Below, piece after piece: positions 35,990 through 44,511 of a stretch of 45,611 nt of DNA. The DNA is from Thiohalocapsa sp. (GTDB lineage: Bacteria > Pseudomonadota > Alphaproteobacteria > ATCC43930 > CGMCC-115725). The notes beneath the pieces were generated by a model that searched no databases, was not told the DNA's origin, and saw nothing but the letters and a program-made list of their open reading frames with translations. Made by a program: the position numbers and the translations under genes. The DNA lies in contig JBLMXS010000401.1 in the NCBI GenBank assembly GCA_050257895.1, positions 1 through 45,611 on the forward strand, given 5' to 3'. How positions within the stretch are numbered: position 1 is the first letter of the stretch; each line of letters begins with the position of its first letter.

Positions 35990-37021
35990 TCAGTTGGCGG
36001 CGGCGGCTTGCGGGCGCTGCGCGGCGGTGATGCGGGCGATCATCGCGGCGGCGTTGTCGTGCAGGATCTGCGCCCGCGCCGCCTCGCCGATCGCGGCCTC
36101 GGCCAAGGCCTTGTGGGTCCAGTCGACGCCGAACTCGGTGCCGTCGGTGCCGCAGACGATGCGGTCGGCGCCGTAGAGCGCAACCGCCGCCTCGATAGCG
36201 CGCGGTCCGAACGAGTTGCAGTCGACATAGACCTTCGCCTTCCGGATGCGCGAGGACGGCAATTCCTCGTCCGGCGTGTCGAGCAGGCAGCGGTGGTCCA
36301 TGCGCTCGACCTCGTAGGGGATGTTGCCGCCGAGGTTATGGACCTGCACCGTCACATCCGGGTAGGGGGCCAGCACATCGGTCAGGCACAAGGTTACCAT
36401 CACCGACGACAGGCTCGCCTGCATGTCGAGCGTGCCGTTGCGGCGGCGGGCGTTGTCGGTGTCGCCGCCGACCTTCGGGAAGGCGTCGCCGGGGCGCGGG
36501 CCATGGTGGATGAAGAGCGCGGCGTGGCGGCGGTTCGCCACCTCGAAGAGCGGCCGCATCGCCTCGGCGTCGCGGCGGGTCAGGAAATAATTGCCGGGGA
36601 TCTGCGCGCCGATCATGCCGGGCAGGTCCATGGCGCGGTCGAGTTCGGCGGCCGCCGCCGCGATGTCGGCCAGCGGCAGGGCAGCATAGGCCGCGAAGCG
36701 GCCGGGATGCTTCCTACAGATCGCCGACAGCCCGTCATTGACGGCCTGGCAGAGCGGCCGCGAGACCTCCAGCGGCTGCGACTCGATCCAGTTGAACGAG
36801 CCGAGCAGCGACAGGACACTGGTCTCGACGCCCTGGCGCTCCATCCGCGCCAGGTGGAACTCGACGTCGTCGAACGCCTTGGCGAGCGGCTCTTCGCCCA
36901 TCCGGGTCGCCACCACCTCGCTGCCGTCGGGGTTCCTGACGATACGCGGCTCCTTCGAGCGGGCGCGCAGCGCGTCGGCGACTTCGGCCGGGCGCCAATG
37001 GGCATGCATGTCGATCATCAT
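35990..37021 (-). CDS. amidohydrolase_2 (ACMSD/LigW-like decarboxylase/hydratase) family protein
   Basis: GGAGGG lies upstream of ATG 37021. MMIDMHAHW (HxH metal ligands), ...FIHHG..., ...CGTDG. Confidence 0.8.
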   Translation of the reverse strand: MMIDMHAHWRPAEVADALRARSKEPRIVRNPDGSEVVATRMGEEPLAKAFDDVEFHLARMERQGVETSVLSLLGSFNWIESQPLEVSRPLCQAVNDGLSAICRKHPGRFAAYAALPLADIAAAAAELDRAMDLPGMIGAQIPGNYFLTRRDAEAMRPLFEVANRRHAALFIHHGPRPGDAFPKVGGDTDNARRRNGTLDMQASLSSVMVTLCLTDVLAPYPDVTVQVHNLGGNIPYEVERMDHRCLLDTPDEELPSSRIRKAKVYVDCNSFGPRAIEAAVALYGADRIVCGTDGTEFGVDWTHKALAEAAIGEAARAQILHDNAAAMIARITAAQRPQAAAAN

Positions 37022-37196
37022 GGCTGTTCCCTCCACACGCGATGCGGCAGTCTACCGTGGCGGCGGCGCGAGGCAAAGGAACAGCTCCAGGGAACAGCAC
37101 GAGGAACGCACGGCGATCGCACTTGCAAGCCCTCGCCCCTTCATGGCGGACGGAGCGCGCATGTCTATTGGGATCACCTTGAAGCGGGAGGGCGGC

Positions 37197-38657
37197 ATGG
37201 CGGAGGTGAAGGACGGCGCCCAGCATCTGGAATCGCTGCGCGACGGGCGGGCAGTCTACATCGACGGCGAGCTTGTCGGGGATGTCACGACGCATCCGGC
37301 GTTCCGCAACGCCGTCGCCGCTGCCGCGGCGCTTTACGACTACCAGGCGCAGCCGGGGAACCTCGACCGGGTAACTTTCGCGCCGGACCGCGGCCGCGGC
37401 GGCTACGCCCGTGTCAACCGCTGCTGGCAGCTGCCGAAAAGCTATGACGAGCTGGTGGCGCGGCGGCTGGCGATGAGCGAATGGGCGAACTTGTCGTGTG
37501 GCTTTTTGGGGCGGGCCCCGGACCACGTCGCCTCGAGCCTCGTCGGGCAGGTCATCGGGATCGACGTGTTCCGCCGGCATGGCAAGGCGCGCGCCAAGGC
37601 GCTCATCGATTATTTCGATTACGCCAGCCGGCACGACCTCTATCTCAGCTACGTCATTATCAACCCGCAGGCCGACCGCAACCGGTCCTGGGGCGAGCAG
37701 GAGGAGGACCTCGTCGCGCGGGTGGTCGACGAGAACGCCGCCGGCATCACCGTGCGCGGCGCCAAGATGCTCGGCACCGCCGTGATCATGGCGAACGAGG
37801 TGCTGGTCGCCAACTTGCAGCCGCTGAGGCCCGGCGAGGAGGCGCTGGCCGTGTCGTTCGCGATCCCGGTGGCGACGCCAGGCCTCAAGATCCTGTCGCG
37901 CAAATCGTACGAGGCCGCCGCCGCGTCGCGCGCCGACAACCCGCTCGCCTGGCAGTTCGACGAGAACGACGCGCTCTTGTGGTTCGAGGACGTGCGGGTG
38001 CCGTGGGAGCGCGTCTTCGTCTATCGCGACACGGACATGTGCCGCGCCCAGTTCCATGACACGCTCGGCCATACCTTCCAGAACTACCAGGCGCAGATCC
38101 GCCTGAGCGTGAAGGTGCGGTTTCTCGTCGGCGTCGCGCAGCGCCTTACCGAGACGATCGGCACCGCGGCAATGCCGCCGGTGCGCGAGACCCTCGGCCG
38201 GCTAGCGGCGCAGGCGGCGATGGTCGAGGGGATGGTGTGGGGGATGGAGGCGAAGGGGCATCTCGATGGCCCCTATTTCGTCCCCGACAAGCACCTGATG
38301 TACGCCGCGCAGGTGCTGACGCAGGAGCTCTACCCGCGGCTTGTCGAGACGATCCGCGGGCTCGCCGGCGGCGCCCTCATCATGCTGCCGTCATCCGAGC
38401 GCGACTGGCAGAACCCGGAGCTGCGGGCGATCATCGAGAAGACGCAGCGCTCGCCGCTCGAAGCGACCGGGCTCGGGCCGCGGCAGCGCGTCGATTTCCT
38501 GAAGCTGGCGTGGGATGCCTTGGGGTCGGAATTCGCCGGCCGCCACACGCAATACGAGATGTTCTACGCCGGCGCGCCGTTCGTCACCGCCGGCCACTCG
38601 TTCCGCACCTACGACTGGGACGCCGCCGGCGCCCTCGTCGCGAAGATGCTGCCGTAG
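37197..38657 (+). CDS. 4-hydroxyphenylacetate 3-monooxygenase oxygenase-component family (HpaB-like flavin-dependent monooxygenase)
   Basis: GGGAGGG lies upstream of ATG 37197. GAQHLESLRDGRAVYIDGELVGDVTTHPAFRN and the C-terminal ...TQYEMFYAGAPFV are typical of the HpaB family. Confidence 0.85.
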   Translation: MAEVKDGAQHLESLRDGRAVYIDGELVGDVTTHPAFRNAVAAAAALYDYQAQPGNLDRVTFAPDRGRGGYARVNRCWQLPKSYDELVARRLAMSEWANLSCGFLGRAPDHVASSLVGQVIGIDVFRRHGKARAKALIDYFDYASRHDLYLSYVIINPQADRNRSWGEQEEDLVARVVDENAAGITVRGAKMLGTAVIMANEVLVANLQPLRPGEEALAVSFAIPVATPGLKILSRKSYEAAAASRADNPLAWQFDENDALLWFEDVRVPWERVFVYRDTDMCRAQFHDTLGHTFQNYQAQIRLSVKVRFLVGVAQRLTETIGTAAMPPVRETLGRLAAQAAMVEGMVWGMEAKGHLDGPYFVPDKHLMYAAQVLTQELYPRLVETIRGLAGGALIMLPSSERDWQNPELRAIIEKTQRSPLEATGLGPRQRVDFLKLAWDALGSEFAGRHTQYEMFYAGAPFVTAGHSFRTYDWDAAGALVAKMLP

Positions 38658-38675
38658 CCGCGCTCCTGTTGCGGG

Positions 38676-39299
38676 TCACAGGCCGGATTGCGCGATGACC
38701 TGGCGCATTGCCATCAGGAGCGCGCCGACAACCCCGCCGGAGCGCTGCAGCATGGCGCCGATCTCGGAGCGCAGATTGACCCGCATGCTGACGCCGTCGA
38801 CGACGACGTCGGCGACCCGATAGACCCCGCCGCGCTCGACGAGCACCCAATCGACCCTGACCGGCTGGCCGCCCGACCTCGCGAGCTCGCTGGTCACCAG
38901 GGTTTCGTACTCGGTCTTGCGGCCGCCAGTGACGCGCAGCGACTGGCCGCCGTATTCGGCCAGCCGCCGGCCGAAGGTGATGACAATATAGTCGACGAGG
39001 AGAGCAACGAACTGGGCGCGCTCGGCCTCGCTGGCGACCCGCCAGTAAGGGCCCAGCACAAACGGCGCCGAACCCGCGATGTCGAAATCCTGCCGCAGCA
39101 GCAGCCTGAAATAGGCCAGCTTCTGCTCGATCGAGTAATTGCCCTCGATCACCGCGAACGCTTGGTTGCCGAGTGCGGCAATGAATTGCGCCGGCGTCTG
39201 CGCCTGGGCGAGGGCGGGCTGGAGCGCGCGCATCGCGGCTGCAGCGGCGACGGCAGCGGCGATGCCGCCGCGCAACACGGTCCGACGTCCGACCCTCAT
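38676..39299 (-). CDS. MlaC/Ttg2D-family periplasmic lipid-binding protein, Tat-type signal
   Basis: GAGAGGAG lies upstream of ATG 39299. MRVGRRTVLRGGIAAAVAAAAAMRA is followed by FDIAGSAPFVLGPYWR and WRVADVVVDGVSMRVNLRSE-type motifs. Confidence 0.75.
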   Translation of the reverse strand: MRVGRRTVLRGGIAAAVAAAAAMRALQPALAQAQTPAQFIAALGNQAFAVIEGNYSIEQKLAYFRLLLRQDFDIAGSAPFVLGPYWRVASEAERAQFVALLVDYIVITFGRRLAEYGGQSLRVTGGRKTEYETLVTSELARSGGQPVRVDWVLVERGGVYRVADVVVDGVSMRVNLRSEIGAMLQRSGGVVGALLMAMRQVIAQSGL

Positions 39300-39329
39300 T
39301 TGCTCCTCTCGCATGCGGTTTTGGCCGGA

Positions 39330-39407
39330 GATGGGTTTCGCTCCGCTCAACCCATCCTACGAAACCGGTGAAGCTTGTAGGATGGGTTGAGCAACGCGAA
39401 ACCCATC
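39330..39407. repeat. palindromic intergenic element, family D (GATGGGTTTCGC..CTCAACCCATCCTAC arms)
   Basis: The near-perfect 31-nt arms 39330-39360 and 39377-39407 form a long hairpin between the CoA-ligase stop and the mlaC-like start. Confidence 0.85.
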
Positions 39408-39420
39408 ATGCGAACGCAGG

Positions 39421-40938
39421 CTATTCCGACTGCAGCAGTTGCCGCAGCTCGGTCTTCAGGACCTTGCCGTAATTGTTTTTTGGCAGGGCGTCGACAAAGC
39501 GATAGTGGCGCGGCCGCTTGAAGCGGGCGATGTGATCGAGGCAGAGGCGGTCCAGTTCCTCGATCGCCACGGCGGCCCCGGGCCGGGCAACGATAAAAGC
39601 CACGACCTCCTCGCCCCAATCGGGGTGCGGCCGCCCGACCACCGACGCCTCGACGACTCCAGGATGGCGCAGCAGCACCTCCTCGATTTCGCGCGGGTAG
39701 ATGTTGCTGCCGCCCGAGATGATCATGTCCTTCGATCGGTCGTGCAATGTCAGGAACCCGTCAGCGTCGAGGCTGCCGAGATCGCCGGTATGCAGCCAGC
39801 CGCCGCGCAGTGTCTCGGCGCTCGCGGCGGGGTTCTGCCAATAGCCCTCCATGACGCAGTCGCTGCGCGTGACGATCTCGCCGACCGCGCCGGGCGGCAG
39901 GTCGCGGTCGTCCTCGTCGACGACCCTGACAAGGACGCCGGTGCGCGCCACCCCGGCCGAGCCCAGCCGCTGCCGCCAGCGCGGATCGTCCCGCTCGGCA
40001 TGCATGCGCTTGGTCAGGCCGGTGATCGTCATTGGCGACTCTCCCTGGCCGTACAGCTGGTAGAGGCGCGGCCCGAACCGCGTCAGGGCCAGTTCGAGGT
40101 CGGCGACGTACATCGGCCCGCCGCCGTAATAGATCGTCTTCAGATTGGCGAGGTCGGCGCTCGCGGTCTGCGGCGCCTGCGTCAGGCGGCTCAGCATCGT
40201 CGGGGCGGCGAACAGCGACACCTGCTTGCGGCTTGCCACCGCCTCGAGGATCGCCGCGACGTCGAAATGCGGCAGCACCACCTGCGCCGCCCCTTTCAAC
40301 AGGAAGGGCAGCGCATAAAGCCCGGCGCCGTGCGACACCGGCGCCGCCAATAGATGCGTGTCCTCTTCGTCGATCGCGTCGATGTCGGCGTAGTAGCAAT
40401 GGCTCATGAAGAGGAGGTTGCGGTGCGTCAGCACCGCACCTTTCGGCCGGCCGGTGGTGCCGGAGGTGTAGAACAGCCAGGCGCGGTCGGCCGCGGATCC
40501 GGCCTCGGGAGCGAGCGGCTCGGCGGCGAGGAGGGCGCGATATTCGGCGCTGCCGGTGGCGACCGGTGCGCCCAAGGCGGGAACGGCGTCGGCAACCGGC
40601 GCCAATGTCTCGGCCAGCGACGGCGTCGCCACCAAGAGGCGGGCGGCGCAATTGTCGGCGATGTATTCGACCTCGCGCGGGTGCAGCCGGGCGTTGGCCG
40701 GGACGGCGCACAGCCCGGCCGCCCAGCAGCCGAACAGCAACTCGACGAACTCCCCGCAATTCTCGAGGCTCAACAGGACGCGGTCGCCGGGGACGAGGCC
40801 GCGCGCCCTGAAGCCGCCGGCCAGCGCCGCGACCCGCTGTGCCAGCTTGCCGTAAGTCCACGCGTGATTGCCGTCGGCGACCGCCGGACGCTGCGGCAGC
40901 CGCCGCGCCACATCGAACAACAGGGCGGCGAGGTTCAT
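39421..40938 (-). CDS. AMP-binding acyl-CoA synthetase (class I adenylate-forming enzyme)
   Basis: WLFYTSGTTGRPKGAVLTH, YGQGESP, WLHTGDLG, GGSNIYPREIE, LPKNNYGKVLK. Confidence 0.9.
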   Translation of the reverse strand: MNLAALLFDVARRLPQRPAVADGNHAWTYGKLAQRVAALAGGFRARGLVPGDRVLLSLENCGEFVELLFGCWAAGLCAVPANARLHPREVEYIADNCAARLLVATPSLAETLAPVADAVPALGAPVATGSAEYRALLAAEPLAPEAGSAADRAWLFYTSGTTGRPKGAVLTHRNLLFMSHCYYADIDAIDEEDTHLLAAPVSHGAGLYALPFLLKGAAQVVLPHFDVAAILEAVASRKQVSLFAAPTMLSRLTQAPQTASADLANLKTIYYGGGPMYVADLELALTRFGPRLYQLYGQGESPMTITGLTKRMHAERDDPRWRQRLGSAGVARTGVLVRVVDEDDRDLPPGAVGEIVTRSDCVMEGYWQNPAASAETLRGGWLHTGDLGSLDADGFLTLHDRSKDMIISGGSNIYPREIEEVLLRHPGVVEASVVGRPHPDWGEEVVAFIVARPGAAVAIEELDRLCLDHIARFKRPRHYRFVDALPKNNYGKVLKTELRQLLQSE

Positions 40939-40960
40939 CAGCGTATTCCGGTTTCCTAGA

Positions 40961-41052
40961 GCCCCTCACCCTAACCCTCTCCCCGCAAGCGGGGAGAGGG
41001 AACGCGCCGAAGCGCGGCCTCTCTCTTCCTCCCCGCTGGCGGGTAGAGGGGC
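40961..41052. repeat. REP-like element, family B copy
   Basis: CCCTCTCCCCGC-aa-GCGGGGAGAGGG hairpin (40975-41000), a CGCGC-cgaa-GCGCG hairpin, and a second CCTCCCCGC..GGGTAGAGG hairpin. Confidence 0.75.
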
Positions 41053-41067
41053 TTTGCGACAGGCCGC

Positions 41068-41916
41068 TCAGTAGCTCGGTTTGGCGGCAAACGGGGTCAG
41101 CTGCAGTTCGTGGGTCCAGCAGGATTTGTCCTGGGTGTGCAGGTACCAGTACGCGTCGGCGATCTTCTCTGGGTTGATGACGAGGTCGCGGCGATTGGCG
41201 CTGCGCGGCAGGTTACGGCTGCCCGGCGAGTCGATCGAGCCGTCGATGACGATGTTGGCGACGTGCACGCCGTGTTCCGAATACTCCTCGGTCAGCACCT
41301 GCGCCAGCGTGCGCATCATAACGCGGGGGTAATAGAGCGACTGACCCGTGTAGCGCTTCTTGCCGCGCAGCGAGCTCGAATTGTTGGAGAAGAAGAACGA
41401 GCCATGGCCCTGCTTGCGCATCGCCGGCAAGACTTCCTGGGCGACGAGGAACGGGCCTCGGGCCGAGATATGCAGCCCGGTGTCGAGCATTTCGACCGGC
41501 ACGTATTCGAGCAGCTCCTTCTCGGGCGGCAGGTCGCGGCCTTCGAGGTAGCCAGCGTTGTAGATCAGGATTTCGGGGTCGCCCGCTTCGCGGCGGATCG
41601 TCTCGAAAGCGTTCTTGATCGAGCCCTGCGAGACGAGATCCAGTTCGACGATCATCGCCTCGCCGCCCTGCTCGCGGATCGCCTTGACGAGCGGCGCGGC
41701 GTTGCCCTCATGGCGTGTCGTGACGACGGTGAAGAACCCCTCCCGCGCGAATTTCTGCGCGATCGCGCCGCCGACACCCCACCGCACCCCGACCTCGACA
41801 TCGCTGTCGTCGACTGCGTGGCCATGCGCCAGCACCGTGTTGCGGCCGTCCGCCTGCCATTTCGAGGTGGCGCCGATCACGACGCAGACCGGCTTCTCCT
41901 TCGCATTCGTCTTCAT
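41068..41916 (-). CDS. SDR-family oxidoreductase (atypical glycine motif)
   Basis: GAGGAG lies upstream of ATG 41916. VCVVIGATSK...GVGGAIAQKFAREGF, NAGY and a Rossmann-fold length. The cofactor motif is interrupted by an insertion. Confidence 0.7.
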   Translation of the reverse strand: MKTNAKEKPVCVVIGATSKWQADGRNTVLAHGHAVDDSDVEVGVRWGVGGAIAQKFAREGFFTVVTTRHEGNAAPLVKAIREQGGEAMIVELDLVSQGSIKNAFETIRREAGDPEILIYNAGYLEGRDLPPEKELLEYVPVEMLDTGLHISARGPFLVAQEVLPAMRKQGHGSFFFSNNSSSLRGKKRYTGQSLYYPRVMMRTLAQVLTEEYSEHGVHVANIVIDGSIDSPGSRNLPRSANRRDLVINPEKIADAYWYLHTQDKSCWTHELQLTPFAAKPSY

Positions 41917-41940
41917 CTCGGCACTCTCCTCTTTCATTCC

Positions 41941-42021
41941 GTAGGGCGGATGGACCTCGGCGAAGCCCGAGGGTAATCCGCCGGCGGCGTCGGCGGAATG
42001 CGCTTCTCTTTTCCGCCCTAC
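41941..42021. repeat. palindromic intergenic element, family F (GTAGGGCGGA...TCCGCCCTAC)
   Basis: The outer arms are 41941-41950 and 42012-42021. An inner GGCGGAT...ATCCGCC pair is also present. The element lies between the SBP stop and the SDR start. Confidence 0.6.
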
Positions 42022-42049
42022 AATTCTTTTTGGCGGCGAGTGAGGGAGG

Positions 42050-43591
42050 TCATTGCTGCTTGAGCTTGACGTCCTCCAGCGGCGCCGACCAGGGGAACGG
42101 GTCGATCTTCATCAGCGACGCCTCGGCGACGCGCGGGCCGATGCCGCTCGGCCAGAAATATTCCCAGATCGGCGCGACCCGAACCCGGTCGTGCACGATC
42201 TTCTGGATTTCGTGCAGCATGGCCTCGCGCTTTTTGGTGTCTGTCTCGTGGAGCTGCTTTTTGAACAATTCATCGAGGTCGGGCCATCCGCCATAGGCCC
42301 AGATGCCGTCGCTCGGCACGATTGCCGCCATGCGCGTCGAGGCATTGCCGTAGCCGGAGACGCTGCAGAAGCACACGCCCTTGAATTTTTTGGCCGCGAG
42401 CCCGGTGAAATAAGCGGCCCGCTCCATCGTGCGTAGCCTGGTCTTGATGCCGATCGCGCCGAGATAGCCGCTAATTGCTTCGCCGGTGGAAAAATACGGC
42501 GGAATGGCGTACATGTCGCCTGCGTCAAACCCGTTAGGATACCCCGCCTCGGCGAGCAGCTTCTTCGCCGCCTCCGGATCGTAGGGGTCGGGCTCGTACG
42601 TCTTCGCGTATTCCATCTTCGGAAACACGATGCTACCGGTCGGCCGGGAGGCGCCGAGAGTGGCGGCGTCGCTCAGCGCCTTGCGGTCGAGAGCGAGGCT
42701 GGCCGCCTTGCGCACCCGCACATCGTGCCAAGGCGATTTCGGAGTCCACATGTCGAAAAAGTCGAGGACATGACTCCCGACGCCGCCGGAGAAGACGAGC
42801 TTCAATTGCGGGTCGTTCCTGATCGTTTCGCCGAGCTCTCCTTCCAGAAGATAGGCGACGTCGACCTCGCCGCGCTTCAGCATCGCCAGGCGCGTGGTCC
42901 CCTCCGGCACGCTCTTGAACACCAGGCGTTTGACCGACGGCACCTTGCGCCAGTAGTGCTCGTTCGCCTCCATAACTAGGTCCACGCCGGGGTTCTGGCT
43001 GACGAATTTGTACGGCCCGAGACCGATCGGGTGTTTCAGGAAGCCGTCGGGACCGACTTTCTCAATATATTTCTTGGGGGTGATCCAGCCGGCGGCACTC
43101 GCGAGCGTGCCGTAATACGCCATGAAGTCCGGCCACGGCGCAGGCATCACAAAGCGCACCGTGTACGGGTCGACGATTTCGACCTCCTTCACCTTCTGGT
43201 GGATTTCCACCCCCTTGGCGCGCTCGAAGCTGAACTTGACGTCGTCGGCGGTGAACGGGTCGCCGTTGTGGAATTGCAACCCCTTGCGCAGCTTGAATTG
43301 ATAAGAGAAGTGATCCGGGCTCTCGGTCCAGGATTCCGCGAGGCTCGGCGCCATCGGATTGTCGGGCATCGGCTTCACCAGCGCATCGTGCAGCCCATAG
43401 TTGAACCAGAACGACGACAGGAAACCCTGAGTGACCTGTCCCGGATCAAGCCAGGCCGGCGCGATCGTCACGTAGACCGCAAACCGCATCTCGCCTTCCG
43501 GCTTGCCCGGCTCTGCCGCCGACGCGACGCCGCCGGTGATCGCTGCCGCCGCAAGGCATGCCGCCGCGACCAGTTTCCGCCATCGCCTCAT
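42050..43591 (-). CDS. ABC transporter substrate-binding protein, family 5 (peptide/opine/nickel type)
   Basis: GGGAGGGA lies upstream of ATG 43591. Signal peptide MRRWRKLVAAACLAAAAITGGVASA. LAESWTESPDHFSYQFKLRKGLQFHNGDPFTADDVKFS is the family-5 SBP signature region. Confidence 0.88.
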   Translation of the reverse strand: MRRWRKLVAAACLAAAAITGGVASAAEPGKPEGEMRFAVYVTIAPAWLDPGQVTQGFLSSFWFNYGLHDALVKPMPDNPMAPSLAESWTESPDHFSYQFKLRKGLQFHNGDPFTADDVKFSFERAKGVEIHQKVKEVEIVDPYTVRFVMPAPWPDFMAYYGTLASAAGWITPKKYIEKVGPDGFLKHPIGLGPYKFVSQNPGVDLVMEANEHYWRKVPSVKRLVFKSVPEGTTRLAMLKRGEVDVAYLLEGELGETIRNDPQLKLVFSGGVGSHVLDFFDMWTPKSPWHDVRVRKAASLALDRKALSDAATLGASRPTGSIVFPKMEYAKTYEPDPYDPEAAKKLLAEAGYPNGFDAGDMYAIPPYFSTGEAISGYLGAIGIKTRLRTMERAAYFTGLAAKKFKGVCFCSVSGYGNASTRMAAIVPSDGIWAYGGWPDLDELFKKQLHETDTKKREAMLHEIQKIVHDRVRVAPIWEYFWPSGIGPRVAEASLMKIDPFPWSAPLEDVKLKQQ

Positions 43592-43650
43592 GGTGCTTCC
43601 CTCCCTGGGTTTTTCCGCCGACCTGCATTGCGCGGTCAGTCGTGCCGTGA

Positions 43651-44478
43651 TCAGGCGGTGCGGTCCCAGCCCCACCAGGCGCAGATGGCCTCGCCCATCA
43701 CGACATCGAGGTCATGGCCTGTGAGCCACGGCAGTCCCTCGGTGAACATCGTGACGCATTGGTGCCAGGACGGCTTCATCTTGGTGATGTCGGTGCCCCA
43801 GAACATGCGGTCGGGGCCGAACGCGTCGAACACCTGCTTGAGATACGGGTGCATGCCGCGGAACGGGTAGGGTTCGCTCGAATAATGCGGCACGCCGGTC
43901 GCCTTGACCGCGACGTTGGGATGTTTCGCCAGCGCCAGCAAAGCCGGCATGTGGGTCATCGCGGCGGCGTCCTTTTCCTGAGAGGTGCCGCCGCGGCCGC
44001 CGAGATGATCGATCGTCAGCTTGAGGCCGGGATGGCGCTCGGCTATGCCGCCAATGTCGCGCAACGAGTCGGTCGCCAGCATCGCGATCGGCACGCCGGC
44101 CCGCTCGGCCGCCGCCCACAGCCAGTCGAGCGTGCCGTCGGCGAGCCGGGTCCGCATCGGCTCGGAGAGGAAGGTGTAGCGCAGCCCGAGCATGCCGGGC
44201 TGGTCGCGCCACGTCGCGATGCGCTCGCGCGTGTCGGCACGGTCGAGCGGCAATGCCCCCATGATCGCGAAGCGGCCGGGGTAGTCGGTGACGGCCTGCA
44301 GCGCCATCGCGGTCGAATTGGGGTCCCAGCCGGGCGGATGGATGATGGCCGCATCGACGCCGGCCGGGTCCATCAGCGCGATCGCCTCTGCCGGCGTGAA
44401 ATGGGTCACCTGCCAGTGCGACTGGTTGCTCGGCAGTCCCGAGCCCCAGGTGTGGATCTGCGCGTCGACGATCTGCAT
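43651..44478 (-). CDS. amidohydrolase_2 family protein
   Basis: MQIVDAQIHTW (HxH-type N-terminus), ...IDHLGG..., ...WGTD. Confidence 0.8.
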   Translation of the reverse strand: MQIVDAQIHTWGSGLPSNQSHWQVTHFTPAEAIALMDPAGVDAAIIHPPGWDPNSTAMALQAVTDYPGRFAIMGALPLDRADTRERIATWRDQPGMLGLRYTFLSEPMRTRLADGTLDWLWAAAERAGVPIAMLATDSLRDIGGIAERHPGLKLTIDHLGGRGGTSQEKDAAAMTHMPALLALAKHPNVAVKATGVPHYSSEPYPFRGMHPYLKQVFDAFGPDRMFWGTDITKMKPSWHQCVTMFTEGLPWLTGHDLDVVMGEAICAWWGWDRTA

Positions 44479-44511
44479 CGATGCTCGCTAAGCTGCTGGG
44501 ATTAGGCGGCG

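Noticed and set aside
36008-38072. ORFs 36008..37447 (+) and 36735..38072 (-), and similar ones at 39761..40969, 41110..41976 and 43712..44869
   Set aside because: They are opposite-strand or out-of-frame shadows of the amidohydrolase, HpaB-like, CoA-ligase, SDR and amidohydrolase genes. They have no RBS and a biased composition.
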